Below, piece by piece: positions 61,612 to 64,000 of a stretch of DNA of 64,000 bases (the first letter of the stretch is position 1; every line of letters begins with the position of its first letter). Origin of the DNA: Octopus bimaculoides (taxonomy: Eukaryota); assembly GCF_001194135.2 (NCBI RefSeq), contig NC_068982.1, forward strand, positions 30,017,056 to 30,081,055. The letters run 5' to 3'. The position numbers and the translations under genes were made by a program. The notes below the pieces were generated by a model. That model had not been told where the DNA came from. It did not search any database and saw nothing but the letters and a program-made list of their open reading frames with translations.

Positions 61612-62173
61612 ACCGATTTTGATACAAACCTCCCTAGGAATGCCCCTGGTACTATTATACAGACTTCCTGTTTTCAAGCAAATTCAAACTTTCTAACCAA
61701 CTTTCATGCTAATTCATGTTTCAAAGACCAGCTTAACCCTCTAGCATTGTTGAATGAATATAATACTCATTTATTCATATTGTTTTGAATGAATCACGCA
61801 TTATTTCATAGCTTTGAGATTTCGATGATGCGATTGTATATTTTTTGAATGACATTGTAAAGTTGGTGTGAGAGGTCTGATGTGGCTGGCTTGAACATCA
61901 AAGGCAGTGTATTTCAGCAGAAATCTGGTAAACGACACATGCATTATTTTGTATCTTTGAGACTCTGATGATGCGATTGTATATTTTTGAAAAACATTGT
62001 AAGTAGCTCTGGGAGGCCAGGTATAAACCAGGTAGAATGTTTGGGCTGGATATTGCCGGTTTAAATGCTAAAGGGTCAATAATGACAATCATTTTTACTA
62101 AATTCTTCATTATTTTAGAAAAAGAATTAAAATGAAGGCAGTGTATTCCAACAGAAATCTGGTAACAGAGACA
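61612..62173 (+). mobile_element. TTAA MITE family 2 with a family-1 MITE nested at 61737-62075
   Basis: Family-2 halves rejoin at ccagc|TTAA|taatgac; inner flanks TTAA/TCAA. Confidence 0.65.
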
Positions 62174-62667
62174 TTAACACATATAACATGGAGGATTCAC
62201 ATGACTAGATTTGTTGAAAGGAAAGAAATAGAATGATTATATTTTGTGCCAATAACACTTGCCATTCCAGCAAACAATGAATTATACAAATCATTGTCGT
62301 TGTTGTCGTTATTTTAATGTCCACATTTCCATGCTTGCATGGGCCTATTGAAGTTTATCGAGGTAGATTTTCTGTGGCTAGATGCCTTTAACTGTTTCCA
62401 AGCAAGGCAATATGTTCACATGGTCAACCATGTTTCTGTAGAATATTGGAAATGAGTGATATTCATGTACAGCAATCACGCAATGTGAAGACAAGGCAAC
62501 ACAAACCCCCCCTCTCTCTCTCTCCCTCTTACACACACACACGTATATACATGCATGCACCCATACACCATATGCACAAGCATAAATATATTTATATAGA
62601 CATGTATACATACACACATGCATACATACATACAATATATATGTATATACACACATGAACACACATG

Positions 62668-62713
<46 letters not shown>

Positions 62714-62954
62714 ATCATACATCCGCCTTCCATGATGGCATGGGTTGGACAAATATATATATATATGGTAAGTTTCTTTTAGTTTCTGTCCTTCCAAATC
62801 TACTCAAAGCCTTGATCGGCCTGGGGTCTTAGTAGAAGATGACTTGTCTAAGGTATTATGCAATGGGACCAAACCTGAGATAATGTGCTTGGGAAACAAA
62901 TCCTGAACAACACAGCTACATAATGATGTGGATTCAGTTACTTGATCAACTGAA

Positions 62955-63265
62955 TTAATTACTTGCTCATTGAATTAGCATCGCTTGATTGGTTTCCTGT
63001 GCTGGCGGCATGTAAAAAACACAATCTGAACGGGGGTCGGTGCCAGCCCCCCCCTCCCCTGACGAGCTCCTGTGCCGGTGGCACGTAAAAAGCACCCATG
63101 ACACTCTTGGAGTGGCTGGAATTAGGAAGGGCATCCAGCTGTAGAAACATTGCCAGATAAGATTGGAGCCTGGTGTGGCCTCCTGGCTTGCCAGTCCCAA
63201 GTCAAACCGTCCAACTCATGCCAGCATGGAAAACAGACGTTAAACGATGATGATGAGGAGGATGT
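62955..63265 (+). mobile_element. SINE family D
   Basis: Near-consensus tail. Confidence 0.85.
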
Positions 63266-63736
63266 AAATAGCTGAGTATTCCACAAATAGATTTGTGAAT
63301 GAATTTGGTAGATGGAAACTGAAAGAAGCCCGTTGTATATATGTGTTTATACCTGTCTCTGTCTCTGCCTATATCTGTCTCTGGATATATATGTCTATAC
63401 CTGTCTCTGTCACAGTCATGCAGATAGTGTCCTTCATTTCCAATCTTTCCTGTAAACCTGTCTTACTTGGTAACAGATGAGAGTTGGTGACAGGAAGGGC
63501 ATCTAGCCATAGAAAATATGTCATAGTAAATACTGTCCAACTCACATGAATATTGAAAAGTTGATGTTAAGACACTACAAGAAGGTTAGTCATTTTGTAG
63601 TAGGAGGCACTATTTAGGACAATGAGATCTGTGAATGATTCATGCTTCATTAACTCTAGAAGGATAGATGAATGTAAGGTAAAGACTTGATCTTAGAAAA
63701 TAGTAATTGATGAAACAATACATTGTATCACCATTA

Positions 63737-64000
63737 TTTCATCATCATCATCATCATCATCATCATCGTTTAACATCCGCTTTCCATGCTAGCATGGGTT
63801 GGACGATTTGACTGAGGACTGGTGAAACCGGATGGCAACACCAGGCTCCAGTCTAATTTGGCAGAGTTTCTACAGCTGGATGCCCTTCCTAACGCCAACC
63901 ACTCAGCGAGTGTAGTGGGTGCTTTTACGTGTCACCTGCACGAAAACGACCATGCTCGAAATGGTGTCTTTTATGTGCCACCCGCACAAGCCAGTCCAGG
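63737..64000 (-). mobile_element. SINE family D, young-looking, truncated by the window end
   Basis: (CAT)n followed by the reverse-complement tail with CpGs retained. Confidence 0.88.

Overview
AT-rich, repeat-dense animal DNA from a draft assembly with 14 N gaps. The SINE families and microsatellite load resemble my recollection of Octopus (coleoid cephalopod) genomes; this is an inference, not a database result. The only confidently identified protein-coding segment is a 124-nt + strand exon (27103-27226) of the DEAD-box helicase DDX49/Dbp8, which the ORF track misses. Its neighbouring exons are not visible. The rest is intron-like or intergenic DNA carrying four tRNA-derived or RTE-tailed SINE families, two TTAA-targeting (piggyBac-type) MITE families, hAT, mariner and pogo elements, an RTE LINE fragment and piggyBac transposase relics. 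The most notable finds are: (1) eight minimal type-I hammerhead-ribozyme-like motifs of Penelope type, one fully canonical and several with recurrent core variants, 7 of 8 on the + strand; (2) a ~42-bp + strand-biased RNA helix that covers the polypyrimidine tract of a 47-nt candidate exon; (3) a 96-nt candidate exon containing a perfect 16-bp hairpin; (4) a candidate 9-nt microexon; (5) three unrelated insertions at almost the same position of one MITE family. Nearly all ORF-track entries are microsatellite, gap or SINE artefacts. Coordinates of repeat copies are approximate to about 10-20 nt; motif coordinates were counted by hand.
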